Shown: positions 34,539 through 44,007 of the stretch, in pieces
Numbering within the stretch: the first letter of the stretch is position 1
Layout of the letters: the number at the start of each line of letters is the position of its first letter
Assembly (NCBI GenBank): GCA_964574875.1
Contig: CAZNOX010000001.1
Coordinates: forward strand, 11,352 to 75,351
Length of the DNA stretch: 64,000 nt
Direction of reading: 5' to 3'
Origin: an uncultured bacterium
GTDB lineage: Bacteria > Macinerneyibacteriota > Macinerneyibacteria > Macinerneyibacteriales > DSCS01
The notes under the pieces: generated by a model
Databases searched by the model: none
What the model was told of the DNA's origin: nothing
What the model saw: only the letters and a program-made list of their open reading frames with translations
Made by a program: the position numbers and the translations under genes

Positions 34539-35404
34539 GAATCGGCCTCCCTGTCCTGGTTCTCATGATCGTCGATGACGACATCTTTGTCTTTCAGCGG
34601 TTCGGATTTCACCGGGCTGATATCGTCAAGGGTAAACACATCTTCGCCGCCCTGGTCCAGGTGGACGATGATCTGCTCTGTAAAGATATTGATATTTTTG
34701 ACTGTGCCGCATCCCTGGGGAGTCTTGACCCTCGACTCCATATCAGGGAAGGCTTCAGAAAGCCTCTTGTAGGTCTCTTCCTCATACCGGAGACAACACA
34801 TGAGCCGGCCGCAGACCCCCGACATCTTATTGGGGTTCAGAGACAGGTATTGGGCTTTGGACATCTTGATGGAGATGCTGTCGAACTCCCTGAGCCATGC
34901 TGAACAACAGAGCCGCTGGCCGCATATCCCCACACCGCCCAGCTTCTTGGCCACATCACGGACGCCGATCTGACGAAGCTCGATCCGCGTCTTGAAGGTC
35001 CGGGCCAGGTCTTTGACCAGGGCCCTGAAATCCACGCGCCCTTCCGAAGAGAAATAGAACATCAGGTAACTTTTATTAAACGCATACTGGGCATCGATGA
35101 GTTTCATGGGGAGCCCGTGCTGGGTGATGAGTTCCTGGCAGATCCGGAGAGCCTCCGTCTCTTCGTTTTTCAGCTGTTTCAGCGTCACCCGGTCTCCCGC
35201 CGTCATCTTCCTGATGATGCTTTTTAAAGGCAGGACGATCTCTTCCAGCGAAAGGGTCCTCGCCGGAGCGATGACCTTGCCCACAGCCTCTCCCTTTTCT
35301 GTGTCAGCGATGACATAATCCCCTGCAGTGAGAGGTTCTTCACACGGTTTAAAATAATAGACTTTCCCGGCGTCCTGAAATTGGACAGATACCACTTCGA
35401 TCAT
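34535..35404 (-). CDS. ricT: PSP1 domain protein (RicT/YaaT family)
   Basis: PSP1 C-terminal cysteine cluster (GICGQRLCCSAWL...CGRLMCCL). The conserved tmk-holB-yaaT order is present. Confidence 0.8.
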   Translation of the reverse strand: MIEVVSVQFQDAGKVYYFKPCEEPLTAGDYVIADTEKGEAVGKVIAPARTLSLEEIVLPLKSIIRKMTAGDRVTLKQLKNEETEALRICQELITQHGLPMKLIDAQYAFNKSYLMFYFSSEGRVDFRALVKDLARTFKTRIELRQIGVRDVAKKLGGVGICGQRLCCSAWLREFDSISIKMSKAQYLSLNPNKMSGVCGRLMCCLRYEEETYKRLSEAFPDMESRVKTPQGCGTVKNINIFTEQIIVHLDQGGEDVFTLDDISPVKSEPLKDKDVVIDDHENQDREADS

Positions 35405-36339
35405 CGTTTTCGCTCCTCATCCCAGAATTTGATCACGCTTTCTGTTATGATGAATCTCCTGTTGACATTCATCCTGTCTTTGTACGGCAATTCACTCAAT
35501 TCTTCAAGAAGTATAAGAAACCTTGGCGTAAAATCAACCCTTTTATAGAGAGGGGCCCAGGAAGGACGCATGAGCCTCTCGCCTTCTCCTTCATGGAGGA
35601 GGAGAAGGTCACGGCACAGCGATGCGGTGACGGCCCGGAACAACCGGTAAGCCAGAAGAGAATCGTCTCCCGAGCGGGAGGAGACTCCCGCAGAGGTGAA
35701 GCGATCCGCTGCGTCCAGAAGGGCTGCTGTCCCGGGCTTCTTTTCGAAGAGCCCCTTCCATATCTCCAGCATGGCCCGCAACGTCTCCAGAGGAAGATCC
35801 CGGGTGACCAGTCCCCTGTTCTGGTGAAAAAAGAGGGCTTCTTCCTGTGTCATATCCGGGTACTTCAGCGCCAGGTTTTTTAAAAATGCTTCAAACGGCT
35901 CCTGCCTCAGGGTAAAAAGGGTGCATCGCGAACGTACCGTGGGAAGAAGTTCTCCGGCGTCGGATGTGAGCAGAAAGAGGCCGGCATTGTCCGGAGGTTC
36001 TTCGAGGATCTTGAGGAGAGAATTGGCTGCCTCCGCGGTCATAGCCTCGGCTCCCTCCACAATGAGGATATTCTTCCCCTGTCCGTAAGGGGTCTTGAGG
36101 AGAAACTCGGCTCCTTCCTGGATATCCTCCACAGAGACGATCCCTGACCTGCGGGCTTCCACCAGGAAGACTCCCCGGGGGATCTCCCCGTCTGGAGCCT
36201 GCCCCTGAAGAAGGGCAGCCATGGTCAGTGCTGTCTCAAGCCGCCTGGACGGGCTCTGCTCCTGAAGGATGAGAGAGGAGGGAAGGTTTTTTTCACGGGC
36301 CATCTGTTCCAGGCGGGAATAGTCTGTATTCACAGCCAC
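35401..36339 (-). CDS. holB: DNA polymerase III subunit delta'
   Basis: AAA+-like clamp-loader fold with a degenerate P-loop and an SRC-like motif (TVRSRC). Confidence 0.75.
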   Translation of the reverse strand: MAVNTDYSRLEQMAREKNLPSSLILQEQSPSRRLETALTMAALLQGQAPDGEIPRGVFLVEARRSGIVSVEDIQEGAEFLLKTPYGQGKNILIVEGAEAMTAEAANSLLKILEEPPDNAGLFLLTSDAGELLPTVRSRCTLFTLRQEPFEAFLKNLALKYPDMTQEEALFFHQNRGLVTRDLPLETLRAMLEIWKGLFEKKPGTAALLDAADRFTSAGVSSRSGDDSLLAYRLFRAVTASLCRDLLLLHEGEGERLMRPSWAPLYKRVDFTPRFLILLEELSELPYKDRMNVNRRFIITESVIKFWDEERKR

Positions 36340-36944
36340 GCCCTTATGCTTTCCATGACCAGGAGGCTCACATCATCGATGGAACGCCCTGTGACATCCA
36401 GAGCTGTGATCCGCTGGGGATGCCGCCGCGCCAAATCAAGATACCCGTCAAGGACCCGCGAATGAAAATCCGCGGATTCACGGCTCAGCCGGTTCACGGC
36501 GTTCTCTCTTTGAAGGCCTGCATGGATATCCGTATAGAGCAGAATCGTCCCGTCGGGTTCACGTCCGTCGAGGATCCATCTGTTCATCTCCTCCACCGTC
36601 TCCAGGCCAAGTCCGCGGGCCACACCCTGGTAAGCAGCCGTGGCATCCATAAAACGGTCACAGAGGACGATTTCCCCCGCCTCCAGGGCGGGAAGGATCT
36701 TTTCATAATAGTGCTGAGCCCTGGCTGCCAGGTAGAGGAAAAGTTCTGTTTTGGCATGAAGGCCGGACTCCCCTGCAGGCCGGAGCAGGATCTCCCTGAT
36801 CTCTTCGGCCAGAGGCGTCCCTCCGGGCTCCCGTGTGGTGAGCACCGTATACCCCTCGCTCATGAGGAGAGCGGCGGCCTTCTTCATCTGTGTGGTCTTC
36901 CCCACACCCTCTCCTCCTTCAAAAGTAATAAAAGTCCCCTTCAT
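36330..36944 (-). CDS. tmk: Thymidylate kinase
   Basis: P-loop FEGGEGVGKTTQ and the lid region. Confidence 0.9.
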   Translation of the reverse strand: MKGTFITFEGGEGVGKTTQMKKAAALLMSEGYTVLTTREPGGTPLAEEIREILLRPAGESGLHAKTELFLYLAARAQHYYEKILPALEAGEIVLCDRFMDATAAYQGVARGLGLETVEEMNRWILDGREPDGTILLYTDIHAGLQRENAVNRLSRESADFHSRVLDGYLDLARRHPQRITALDVTGRSIDDVSLLVMESIRAWL

Positions 36945-36956
36945 AGCCCCTCTTCT

Positions 36957-37487
36957 TTACCGGTCTTCCCCGGTGCCCCTGGGCCCTGACGGCGGAAAAA
37001 CCATGAGAAGAGCTCCCGCAGCCGCCATATTGAGAAGCATGCCGGGGATCCCCGTGATGAACCGGCCGGACCACCAGGAGAGGGAAAGGCCGGAAGCGAA
37101 AAGGATAACCGGCAGAGACATGAGACGCCCCAGGGCAAGAGGAAGCACCAGCCTCACGGCCAGGGGCCTTTTGCGGAGTGCTCCTGCGGCCAGGGCTGTG
37201 AAGGCCATCTCAACAGTGAGCAGAGGCATCATGGGAACCGGCCGGACAGCTGGCATTCCCGTGAGCAGGGTGTTGATAAGGGGGATCAGGAGAGCGGCCC
37301 CTATGAGGACAGAAGAGTCTGTATAGAACGACCCGATCACCAGCACGGTGAAGATGGGCAGAAAGACCTCTCCCGACAGGCCGGCGAGGTGAAAGAAAAA
37401 CGGCACGGCCACGGATAAGGCCAGTATTGATGACAGGGCCAGGACACGGGCCCCTATGCGTGTTTCCGTCTTGATATTGATCATCAT
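36957..37487 (-). CDS. Polytopic membrane protein (possibly an ECF-transporter S-component-like substrate-capture protein)
   Basis: 176 aa with 5-6 TM helices. The function assignment is weak. Confidence 0.5.
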   Translation of the reverse strand: MMINIKTETRIGARVLALSSILALSVAVPFFFHLAGLSGEVFLPIFTVLVIGSFYTDSSVLIGAALLIPLINTLLTGMPAVRPVPMMPLLTVEMAFTALAAGALRKRPLAVRLVLPLALGRLMSLPVILFASGLSLSWWSGRFITGIPGMLLNMAAAGALLMVFPPSGPRGTGEDR

Positions 37488-37496
37488 CTCCTCCTC

Positions 37497-38630
37497 TTAA
37501 TTTTCAAAAACAGCGACAACGTCTTTTAACTTTTCCATGACGGGGATCTGCTGCGGACAGGCTTTTTCACAGGCGCCGCACTCCACACAGCGTGAGGCCC
37601 TGTTCTCCTCCTTGATCCAGGCGAGGTACCGTTCTCGCCCCCCGTCCATATCCTCGAAGAGAGAGGCATCGTTATAGATCCCGAAGACAGACGGGATGGC
37701 CACTCCCTGGGGGCAGGGCATGCAGTACCCGCAGGCGGTGCAGTGGACCCTGATCTTGTCCAGGAACCGGGATCGGGCCTCATCGGCCAGCTTCAGCTCC
37801 GTGTCTGTGAAGACCCCGGGAGCGGCTTCTTCGGCCAGGCGTATATTCTCCTCCACATGTTCCGGTTCACTCATCCCGCTGAGAAGAAGATCCACCTCGG
37901 GATGGTTCCAGACCCATTTCAGCGCCCACTCCACGGGAGACCGCTTCACCGGGGCCTTGTCCCAGACCGCCTTCACATCGGAAGGAAGTTTATGGACCAG
38001 GCTTCCCCCCCGGAGAGGCTCCATGACGATAACGCCTAATCCCTTTGAACGGGCGTAAAGGAGTCCCTCACGGCCCGCCTGATAATGGGTATCCAGATAG
38101 TTGTACTGGATCTGGCAGAACTCCCACGGGTAAGCATCGACGATCTCCTTGAAGACATCGATATGGTCATGGAAGGAAAATCCGATATGACGGGCTCTGC
38201 CGTCGGCTTTGATCCGGTCGAGAAAACGAAAGAGCCCCTTCTCTTTGGCGTTCTCCCACAACCTCCGGTTCAATGTATGGACAAGGTAGTAATCGATGTG
38301 ATCTGTCTTGAGCCTCTGGAGTTGCTGCTGAAAGTAGTCCTCGAGATCCTCCTCTTTTTTGATGAGAAAGGTGGGAAGTTTCGTGGCCAGGAAGACCTTG
38401 TCGCGAAGGTTGTTCTTATGAAGGACTTTCCCCACAAAAGGCTCGCTTTTTCCCTGGTGATAGGGCCAGGCCGTATCAACATAATTGACGCCTTTTGCAA
38501 TGGCCTCTGTGATCATCTGTTCACTCTTGGCCTCATCGATAGACTCATCGTCCTTTTTCGGAAACCTCATGCATCCGAATCCCAAAACCGAGATCCTGTC
38601 CCCTGTCGAGGGCATGGTTCTGTATTTCAT
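37497..38630 (-). CDS. Aldo/keto reductase fused to a C-terminal 2x[4Fe-4S] ferredoxin domain
   Basis: AKR TIM-barrel (start MKYRTMPSTGDRISVLGFGCMRF, with a GGAGA SD) plus two CxxCxxCxxxCP motifs. Confidence 0.8.
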   Translation of the reverse strand: MKYRTMPSTGDRISVLGFGCMRFPKKDDESIDEAKSEQMITEAIAKGVNYVDTAWPYHQGKSEPFVGKVLHKNNLRDKVFLATKLPTFLIKKEEDLEDYFQQQLQRLKTDHIDYYLVHTLNRRLWENAKEKGLFRFLDRIKADGRARHIGFSFHDHIDVFKEIVDAYPWEFCQIQYNYLDTHYQAGREGLLYARSKGLGVIVMEPLRGGSLVHKLPSDVKAVWDKAPVKRSPVEWALKWVWNHPEVDLLLSGMSEPEHVEENIRLAEEAAPGVFTDTELKLADEARSRFLDKIRVHCTACGYCMPCPQGVAIPSVFGIYNDASLFEDMDGGRERYLAWIKEENRASRCVECGACEKACPQQIPVMEKLKDVVAVFEN

Positions 38631-38644
38631 AGCTCTCCTTTCTG

Positions 38645-39082
38645 TCATGCTTGCAAATCCCGGAGGAAACGGCCCACAGCTGTCCAGGCCTCCTCAGGGT
38701 CGTCCATTTCCGCTGTGAGTCTTTCCACAGGACAGGACCCTGTCTTGTCACGGTTCAGGATCCCCGGCACACAGCGGGAAAAATCAAAGGGAATGTCCGC
38801 TTTTTCCAGTATCTTACAGGCCCCCTCAGAGATCATTCCGGCATAGAGGTAACCGGCCCGGGCTTTGACAAGAAGAAGAGCTCCTCCCCGTCCCACCACG
38901 GTGTCGCCGATCCAGGCTCCGGCCGTCTCTTCACCCCACTCCCCGATGAAGCCGTAAAGGGGGGCGATCCCCCGCTTATCCGATTCAAAGAGGATCCTTC
39001 CCTCGCGGAGGGCCACAAAGCGGCGGCTCTCCCCGCTGATCAGGTGTCTGAGGTCCCCTTTTTGAAAAATCTCACTACCCAC
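38645..39082 (-). CDS. DUF1893 (TM1506-like) domain protein; likely GTG start overlapping the upstream stop
   Basis: The core RRFVALREGRILFESDKRGIAPL...GDTVVGRGGALLL resembles DUF1893. The track ORF start (39181) would overlap the flavodoxin-like gene by more than 100 nt. A GTG with a GGAGA SD sits at about 39082. Confidence 0.5.
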   Translation of the reverse strand: MGSEIFQKGDLRHLISGESRRFVALREGRILFESDKRGIAPLYGFIGEWGEETAGAWIGDTVVGRGGALLLVKARAGYLYAGMISEGACKILEKADIPFDFSRCVPGILNRDKTGSCPVERLTAEMDDPEEAWTAVGRFLRDLQA

Positions 39083-39656
39083 GCCCGTCTCCTGTCCGTT
39101 CCAGAAGCCAGATAAAGTTTTCAGCCAGATGGTCCATGGTGGACATCCCTTCGGCATCGTCCAGGACTTCTCCGATCTCACGGCCCACTCCCAGATTCCA
39201 GTATGTGGATCCCGGGACGATCATTCCCGAGATCAGGAAGAAGTGGTTGATGGTATCAAAAGCATGGATCCCTCCGCCCCTGCGGACGGCGATCACCGCC
39301 GCTCCGATCTTGCGGTTGAGAAGACGCCCGTTGGCGCCGCAGACACGCCCGGCTCTGTCGATAAAGGCTTTCATCTCAGCGGGGACGTCCGCATAGTAGG
39401 TGGGAGCTCCCAGAATGATCCCCCGGGCCTCCTTGAGCTTGGGGATGATATCGTTGAGCCCGTCATCCAGGATGCACTTTTCGTTCTGCATCTTCCGGCA
39501 GGTATCGCAGGCCCGGCATCCCTTGAGGTCCGTCCCTCCGATGGTGATGATCTCCGTTGCGATCCCCTTCTTTTCCAGATGACTCATGAAGCGTTTCATC
39601 ATGAGAAAGGTATTGCCCTTTTGACGCGGGCTGCTGTTGATCCCGATGACTTTCAT
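39075..39656 (-). CDS. Flavodoxin-like fold NAD(P)H-dependent FMN reductase / iron-sulfur flavoprotein family
   Basis: Family signature MKVIGINSSPRQKGNT...LGAPTYY. Confidence 0.75.
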   Translation of the reverse strand: MKVIGINSSPRQKGNTFLMMKRFMSHLEKKGIATEIITIGGTDLKGCRACDTCRKMQNEKCILDDGLNDIIPKLKEARGIILGAPTYYADVPAEMKAFIDRAGRVCGANGRLLNRKIGAAVIAVRRGGGIHAFDTINHFFLISGMIVPGSTYWNLGVGREIGEVLDDAEGMSTMDHLAENFIWLLERTGDGRG

Positions 39657-39725
39657 ACTCCTCCTTTTTTCTCACATTATAATGGAAATTCCCCCTGCTC
39701 TCAACTTGTTTCTCCCAAGTCACAC

Positions 39726-39754
39726 TTGACGCACATCAGGATGAGCTTATACTC
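39726..39754 (+). promoter_or_regulatory. Sigma-70-like promoter for the TIGR03546/TIGR03545 pair (TTGACG-N17-TATACT)
   Basis: Followed by an AAAGGAGA SD 5 nt before the ATG at 39778. Confidence 0.45.
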
Positions 39755-39777
39755 AAAGATGACGAAAGGAGACCCGG

Positions 39778-40311
39778 ATGAACGTTCTCTTTAAAATACT
39801 CAAAGCGTTGAATTCCAACCAGCGGCCGGGAGAGATCGCCGCTGCCATGAGTTTTGCGTTTCTTCTGGCCCTGATCCCCGGAGGGAATCTCCTGTGGATC
39901 GTCCTCTTCGGCCTGACCTTCTTTTTGAAGGTGAACCTGGCCGTGGAGATGGGCCTGCTCATCGTCCTGAAGATCGTCGCCCCGCTGGCCGACCCCGCTC
40001 TCCATTCCCTGGGGTATGCCATTCTGACCCGTCCTTTTCTCCGTGAGTTCATGACCTCTGTGCAGAATGCCCCTGTCCTTCCCTTTGCGAAGCTGAACAA
40101 CACGCTGGTCGCCGGCGGGCTTGTCCTGGGCCTTCTTCTCTGGGTCCCCCTCTTTTTTCTCTTCCGCTTCCTTGTGCGCCGGTACCGTGATGGTTTTCTG
40201 GGCGCTATCAGGAAGACAAAAGCCTACAAGGCTCTTCTGAAGCTTCCCCTGGTGACAAAGATACAGAAACTCTCACGGACAGTCTCAGGCCTTCCGGGCC
40301 GTACCCGATAA
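39778..40311 (+). CDS. TIGR03546-family small membrane protein
   Basis: 177 aa with four TM segments. Members of this family are found paired with a TIGR03545 gene, as here. Confidence 0.65.
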   Translation: MNVLFKILKALNSNQRPGEIAAAMSFAFLLALIPGGNLLWIVLFGLTFFLKVNLAVEMGLLIVLKIVAPLADPALHSLGYAILTRPFLREFMTSVQNAPVLPFAKLNNTLVAGGLVLGLLLWVPLFFLFRFLVRRYRDGFLGAIRKTKAYKALLKLPLVTKIQKLSRTVSGLPGRTR

Positions 40312-40320
40312 GGAGGCATC

Positions 40321-42300
40321 ATGAGTCAAAAAATACCCCGCCGCTGGACCTCTGTGGATTCCCCCGAAGCATTAAAGGAGAAGATCCTCAAACATATCCA
40401 GCTTCCCGCAGACAAAGACTTCGCCCAAAGCCTCTATACCCGGGATGACCAGGGGTCCTTTTCCCTGAAAAAAGAGATCTCCCCTGCTCAGGTCAAGAGG
40501 ATGGTGAAACTGGATCATGTGGTCTCCAAAGCCCGGGGGACGGTCAAAACAGGAAAACTCCTTCTTTTCGCCCTGGTCTTCGGGGCTCTTCTCCTTTTCA
40601 GCCTCGTCTTTAAGGACAGGCTCATCGAAGGGGCCGCGGAAAACGCCATGGAGATGATCTTCAAAGCGAAAGTGGAGATCACCGGACTGCGGACCTCCCT
40701 TCTCAAGGGCTCTCTCTCCTTTGATGCCCTGGCCATCGGAGACAAGGACCATCCCATGACCAACCTGGTGGAAACGGGCCCTGTCACCATTGATATCAGG
40801 ACATGGCAGCTGCTGAGGAAAAAGTTCGTCCTGGAAGAGGCTTCTGTGCAGGCTCTGGCCTGGGGCACTCCCCGCACAGAGTCTGCCGCTCTCCTGCCCC
40901 CGGCTCCAAAGCCGGAAAGGCCCAAAGAGGATCTCCTGGAAAAAGCCGTGGACACCAAAGCCCTCACAGACGCCCTTCTCCCCGATCTGGCAGCCCCCCG
41001 GCTGGCTGAAGAGTATCATCAGGCCGTCAAAGACGCCAATGAGAAGTGGTCGGAGAAGATCTCTTCGCTCAACAGCACCTACGAGGCTCTTCAGGAGGAT
41101 TATCAGGCGCTGCAGTCCACCGACCTTTCTGCAGTCAAGAGCGTGACTCAGGCAAAAGACCTCCTGGACAAGGCCTCGTCTGCCTCCCGAAACCTGAAAA
41201 AGGGGCGTGAACTCCTCCAGTCCGCTCAAAACGATTTTACCGCTGACAAAGAGTCTCTTCTCTCCATGAAAGCGGCTCTGGAAGCCGCTGTCAAAAACGA
41301 CGCCAAGCAGGTCCTTGCCCTCACAGGCAAGGGCGGCCCGGCCCTCCTCTTCAACCGGGCTGCTGAGGAGATCATCCGGCAGAAGGCCGGAAAATTCTCC
41401 ACGCTGGCCCGCTCTCTTCTCAGAAACAGGGAGAAGATCCCTTCGGGAAAACGGGAGAAGAGAGTCCGGGAAGTGCCGCCCCCTCCTTTAAAAGAGCGCA
41501 AGGGCCTGGACATCCTTTTCCCGGTGGCTTTTTATCCCACTGTGCTGGCTGAACATGTGGGGATCGATATCCGTGATAATGAGAGACAGGTCACGGGGTC
41601 TCTCAACGACCTCTCCACCCATCCGCGTCAATGGAAAAACCCTGTCACCTTCTCCTACAAAGAGAGATCGCAGCAGCGCCGGATCGACGCAGAGGGCAAG
41701 GTCGATATCAGAAAAGACGTGAAACCGGATGTCCGTATCTCCTTTTCGGGGACAGGGCTCTCCCTTTCTCTCGACAGCCCCTCCTCCTCTCTTCCCGACC
41801 TGGAAAAGGTCCGTGCCGGCTACCAGGCCGACGGAGTGATCTCCCTGGCCGACGAAGAGACACTCTCGGGGCGTTTTCTCTTTACGGTGACAAGCCTTGA
41901 CCTCACTGCCCCGGAGACCACCGATGAGACACAGCGGAGAGTCTTTGACATCCTCAGGCGCTCGCCTCCCTTCACCGTCACCGTCCGGATCGAAGCCGGA
42001 GCGTCGGGTGAACCCCGGATCTCCCTCTCCACCTCACTGGCCGATATCCTGAAAAAAGCCGCCACGGAAGAGGCTTCTCGTGAGATCGCCAGGCAGCAGG
42101 AGAAGGTGGAACAGGAGATCACATCACGGATCAGCGGGCTCCTTGACTCGGGGGACAAAGAGATGGATCTCTTCAGCCGGAACGGGACGCTTCTCGGAGA
42201 CAAAGAGAGTGATCTTCTCGCATCACAGGGGGCCCTGGATAAGATCACATCAGACTTGAAGAAAAAAGCGGCGGGGTCGATTCTGCCGTTTCAGCTGTAG
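40321..42300 (+). CDS. TIGR03545-family large protein (N-terminal TM anchor, long beta-rich/coiled-coil periplasmic region; AsmA/DUF748-like)
   Basis: 659 aa with a TM helix at about residues 78-98. It lies immediately downstream of the TIGR03546 gene (9-nt gap). Confidence 0.65.
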   Translation: MSQKIPRRWTSVDSPEALKEKILKHIQLPADKDFAQSLYTRDDQGSFSLKKEISPAQVKRMVKLDHVVSKARGTVKTGKLLLFALVFGALLLFSLVFKDRLIEGAAENAMEMIFKAKVEITGLRTSLLKGSLSFDALAIGDKDHPMTNLVETGPVTIDIRTWQLLRKKFVLEEASVQALAWGTPRTESAALLPPAPKPERPKEDLLEKAVDTKALTDALLPDLAAPRLAEEYHQAVKDANEKWSEKISSLNSTYEALQEDYQALQSTDLSAVKSVTQAKDLLDKASSASRNLKKGRELLQSAQNDFTADKESLLSMKAALEAAVKNDAKQVLALTGKGGPALLFNRAAEEIIRQKAGKFSTLARSLLRNREKIPSGKREKRVREVPPPPLKERKGLDILFPVAFYPTVLAEHVGIDIRDNERQVTGSLNDLSTHPRQWKNPVTFSYKERSQQRRIDAEGKVDIRKDVKPDVRISFSGTGLSLSLDSPSSSLPDLEKVRAGYQADGVISLADEETLSGRFLFTVTSLDLTAPETTDETQRRVFDILRRSPPFTVTVRIEAGASGEPRISLSTSLADILKKAATEEASREIARQQEKVEQEITSRISGLLDSGDKEMDLFSRNGTLLGDKESDLLASQGALDKITSDLKKKAAGSILPFQL

Positions 42301-42306
42301 CAGGGA

Positions 42307-44007
42307 TCAGGTGTTTTCGTGATAGATCTCCTGGTAGAGGGAGGGCCGGCCCATGAGCTCCTCATGGGTCCCTGATTCAGCGATGCGCCCTTCGTCCAGG
42401 ACATAGATCCTGTCCACGATGCCCGCTGTCTTGGGGCGGTGCGTCACCAGGACAAGAGTCTGATGCGGGATCCCGGCAAAGAGGTCTTCCCACAGCCGCA
42501 TCTCCGTCTCAGCATCCAGGGCTGATGTGATATCGTCCAGGATGAGCAGAGGCGGCTGATGGTAGAGGGCCCTGGCCAGGGCCAGGCGCTGCTTCTGTCC
42601 GCCGGAGAGAGTCTTCCCCTTGGGGCCCACCACAGTCTCCAGCCCCAGCCCGAATTTATCCATCTCTTTTCCCATCTGGGAGATATGCAGAGCATAATCC
42701 AGGCGTTCTCCGTGGGGCTCCTCTCCCATGAGGATATTGTTTTTGATGGTGTCTGTAAAAATAACAGGCTGCTGGGAGGCATAACCTGTGAGAAGCCTGT
42801 ACTCCTCTTCTTTCAAAGCGGTGATATCCCGCCCGTCCACGGCCATGCGCCCCGATGTCGGCTGGATGATCCCTGCAAGGATGAGGCTCAGAAAACTCTT
42901 TCCGCTTCCCAGTTTTCCCATGAGAGCGATCTTCTCCCCCTTTTTTATCTTCAGGGAGATATCATTCAGGATGGGATGTCCCTGGTAAGTGAAGCCGGCC
43001 CCCTCAAGAGAGATCTCCTCTTCGAACCGGGCCTTCTCCGTTCCCCCCTTCTCCGGAGACCGCATCTCCTCAAGGACACTGATCCTCGTGCTTGAGACGG
43101 CCGCGCTCTTTCCGCGCACAAAGAGATTGCCGATATCAAGGACCGGATGGGTGAGGTTGCGGATCAGAGCTAGAAAAGCCACCAGGGTTCCCAGGGTGAT
43201 GATCCCGTGGATCTTCATGATCCCCCCGACGAGGAGGACGATGATGGTGCTGATGGTATGCAGAGACATATAGATCCCGCGCAGCCCCACGTCAAGGCGG
43301 ACGACTTTGAGCTCTTTTGTTTTCCGCCGCCGGACCATCTCATGAAAATAACCGGTGACCTGCTCTTCACGGTTGAATGATTTGACGATGGAGATCCCGC
43401 TCATGGTGGAGTGAATATAGTCGTTGGTCTCGGAGATCGCTTTCTGAAGGGTGTTGAAGGCTCTGTGAAAGGTCTTGTCGAAGAGAGCCATGAAGAGAGT
43501 CATGGTCAGGAGGCTGATCACCGTATAAAGCGTCAGGAGAGGCGACATGAGAAGAAGCATCCCCACGGTGAAGAGAAAGATCAGGACCGCATCGAGGCCC
43601 CGGAAGACTCCCGAAGAGAGAAACCATGTGAGTTTTTCCGCATCATCGGAAAGGCGTGTCACGATCTCGCCGGTGTTCATCTCCTGGAACGTCAGGCGCC
43701 CCACGCGGAGAAGGTTCCGGAAGGCTCTCCGCCGGATGGTCCACTGAAAACGCATGTTCATCATGGCTCTGTTGGCCTGGAAATAGGAATAGATGATGAA
43801 ACGGGCGACACTGAGGATCACGATCCCGGAGATAAAGACGCCGATCTCGCTCAAAGGCATCTTCGTCTCCAGAGCGTCCACCACGAGCTTGTAGTAATAG
43901 GGGATGGCTGTTCTCAGGACAGCGGAGATCACGGTGATCAGGAGAAGAAAAAAGAAACGCCCCTTATGCCGGGACCATTCCAGGACCATCCGTTCTTTAA
44001 AGGTCAT
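42307..44007 (-). CDS. ABC transporter permease/ATP-binding protein (exporter half-transporter)
   Basis: Six TM helices plus an NBD with Walker A (GKLGSGKS), the signature LSGGQKQRLALARAL and Walker B ILDD. Confidence 0.85.
   Translation of the reverse strand: MTFKERMVLEWSRHKGRFFFLLLITVISAVLRTAIPYYYKLVVDALETKMPLSEIGVFISGIVILSVARFIIYSYFQANRAMMNMRFQWTIRRRAFRNLLRVGRLTFQEMNTGEIVTRLSDDAEKLTWFLSSGVFRGLDAVLIFLFTVGMLLLMSPLLTLYTVISLLTMTLFMALFDKTFHRAFNTLQKAISETNDYIHSTMSGISIVKSFNREEQVTGYFHEMVRRRKTKELKVVRLDVGLRGIYMSLHTISTIIVLLVGGIMKIHGIITLGTLVAFLALIRNLTHPVLDIGNLFVRGKSAAVSSTRISVLEEMRSPEKGGTEKARFEEEISLEGAGFTYQGHPILNDISLKIKKGEKIALMGKLGSGKSFLSLILAGIIQPTSGRMAVDGRDITALKEEEYRLLTGYASQQPVIFTDTIKNNILMGEEPHGERLDYALHISQMGKEMDKFGLGLETVVGPKGKTLSGGQKQRLALARALYHQPPLLILDDITSALDAETEMRLWEDLFAGIPHQTLVLVTHRPKTAGIVDRIYVLDEGRIAESGTHEELMGRPSLYQEIYHENT

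Noticed and set aside
33672-34568. 298-aa plus-strand ORF antisense to metG
   Set aside because: Antisense artefact. metG is unambiguous.
39075-39181. Apparent 107-nt same-strand overlap between the DUF1893 ORF and the flavodoxin-like gene (possible programmed frameshift or fusion)
   Set aside because: It is more simply explained by a downstream GTG start with an SD for DUF1893, which overlaps the flavodoxin stop by 8 nt. Hand indexing in this stretch also differed by 1 nt from the track, so frameshift claims are not supportable.
40372-41229. 285-aa minus-strand ORF inside the TIGR03545 gene
   Set aside because: Antisense to a gene with a proper promoter, SD and operon partner. The product has no motifs.
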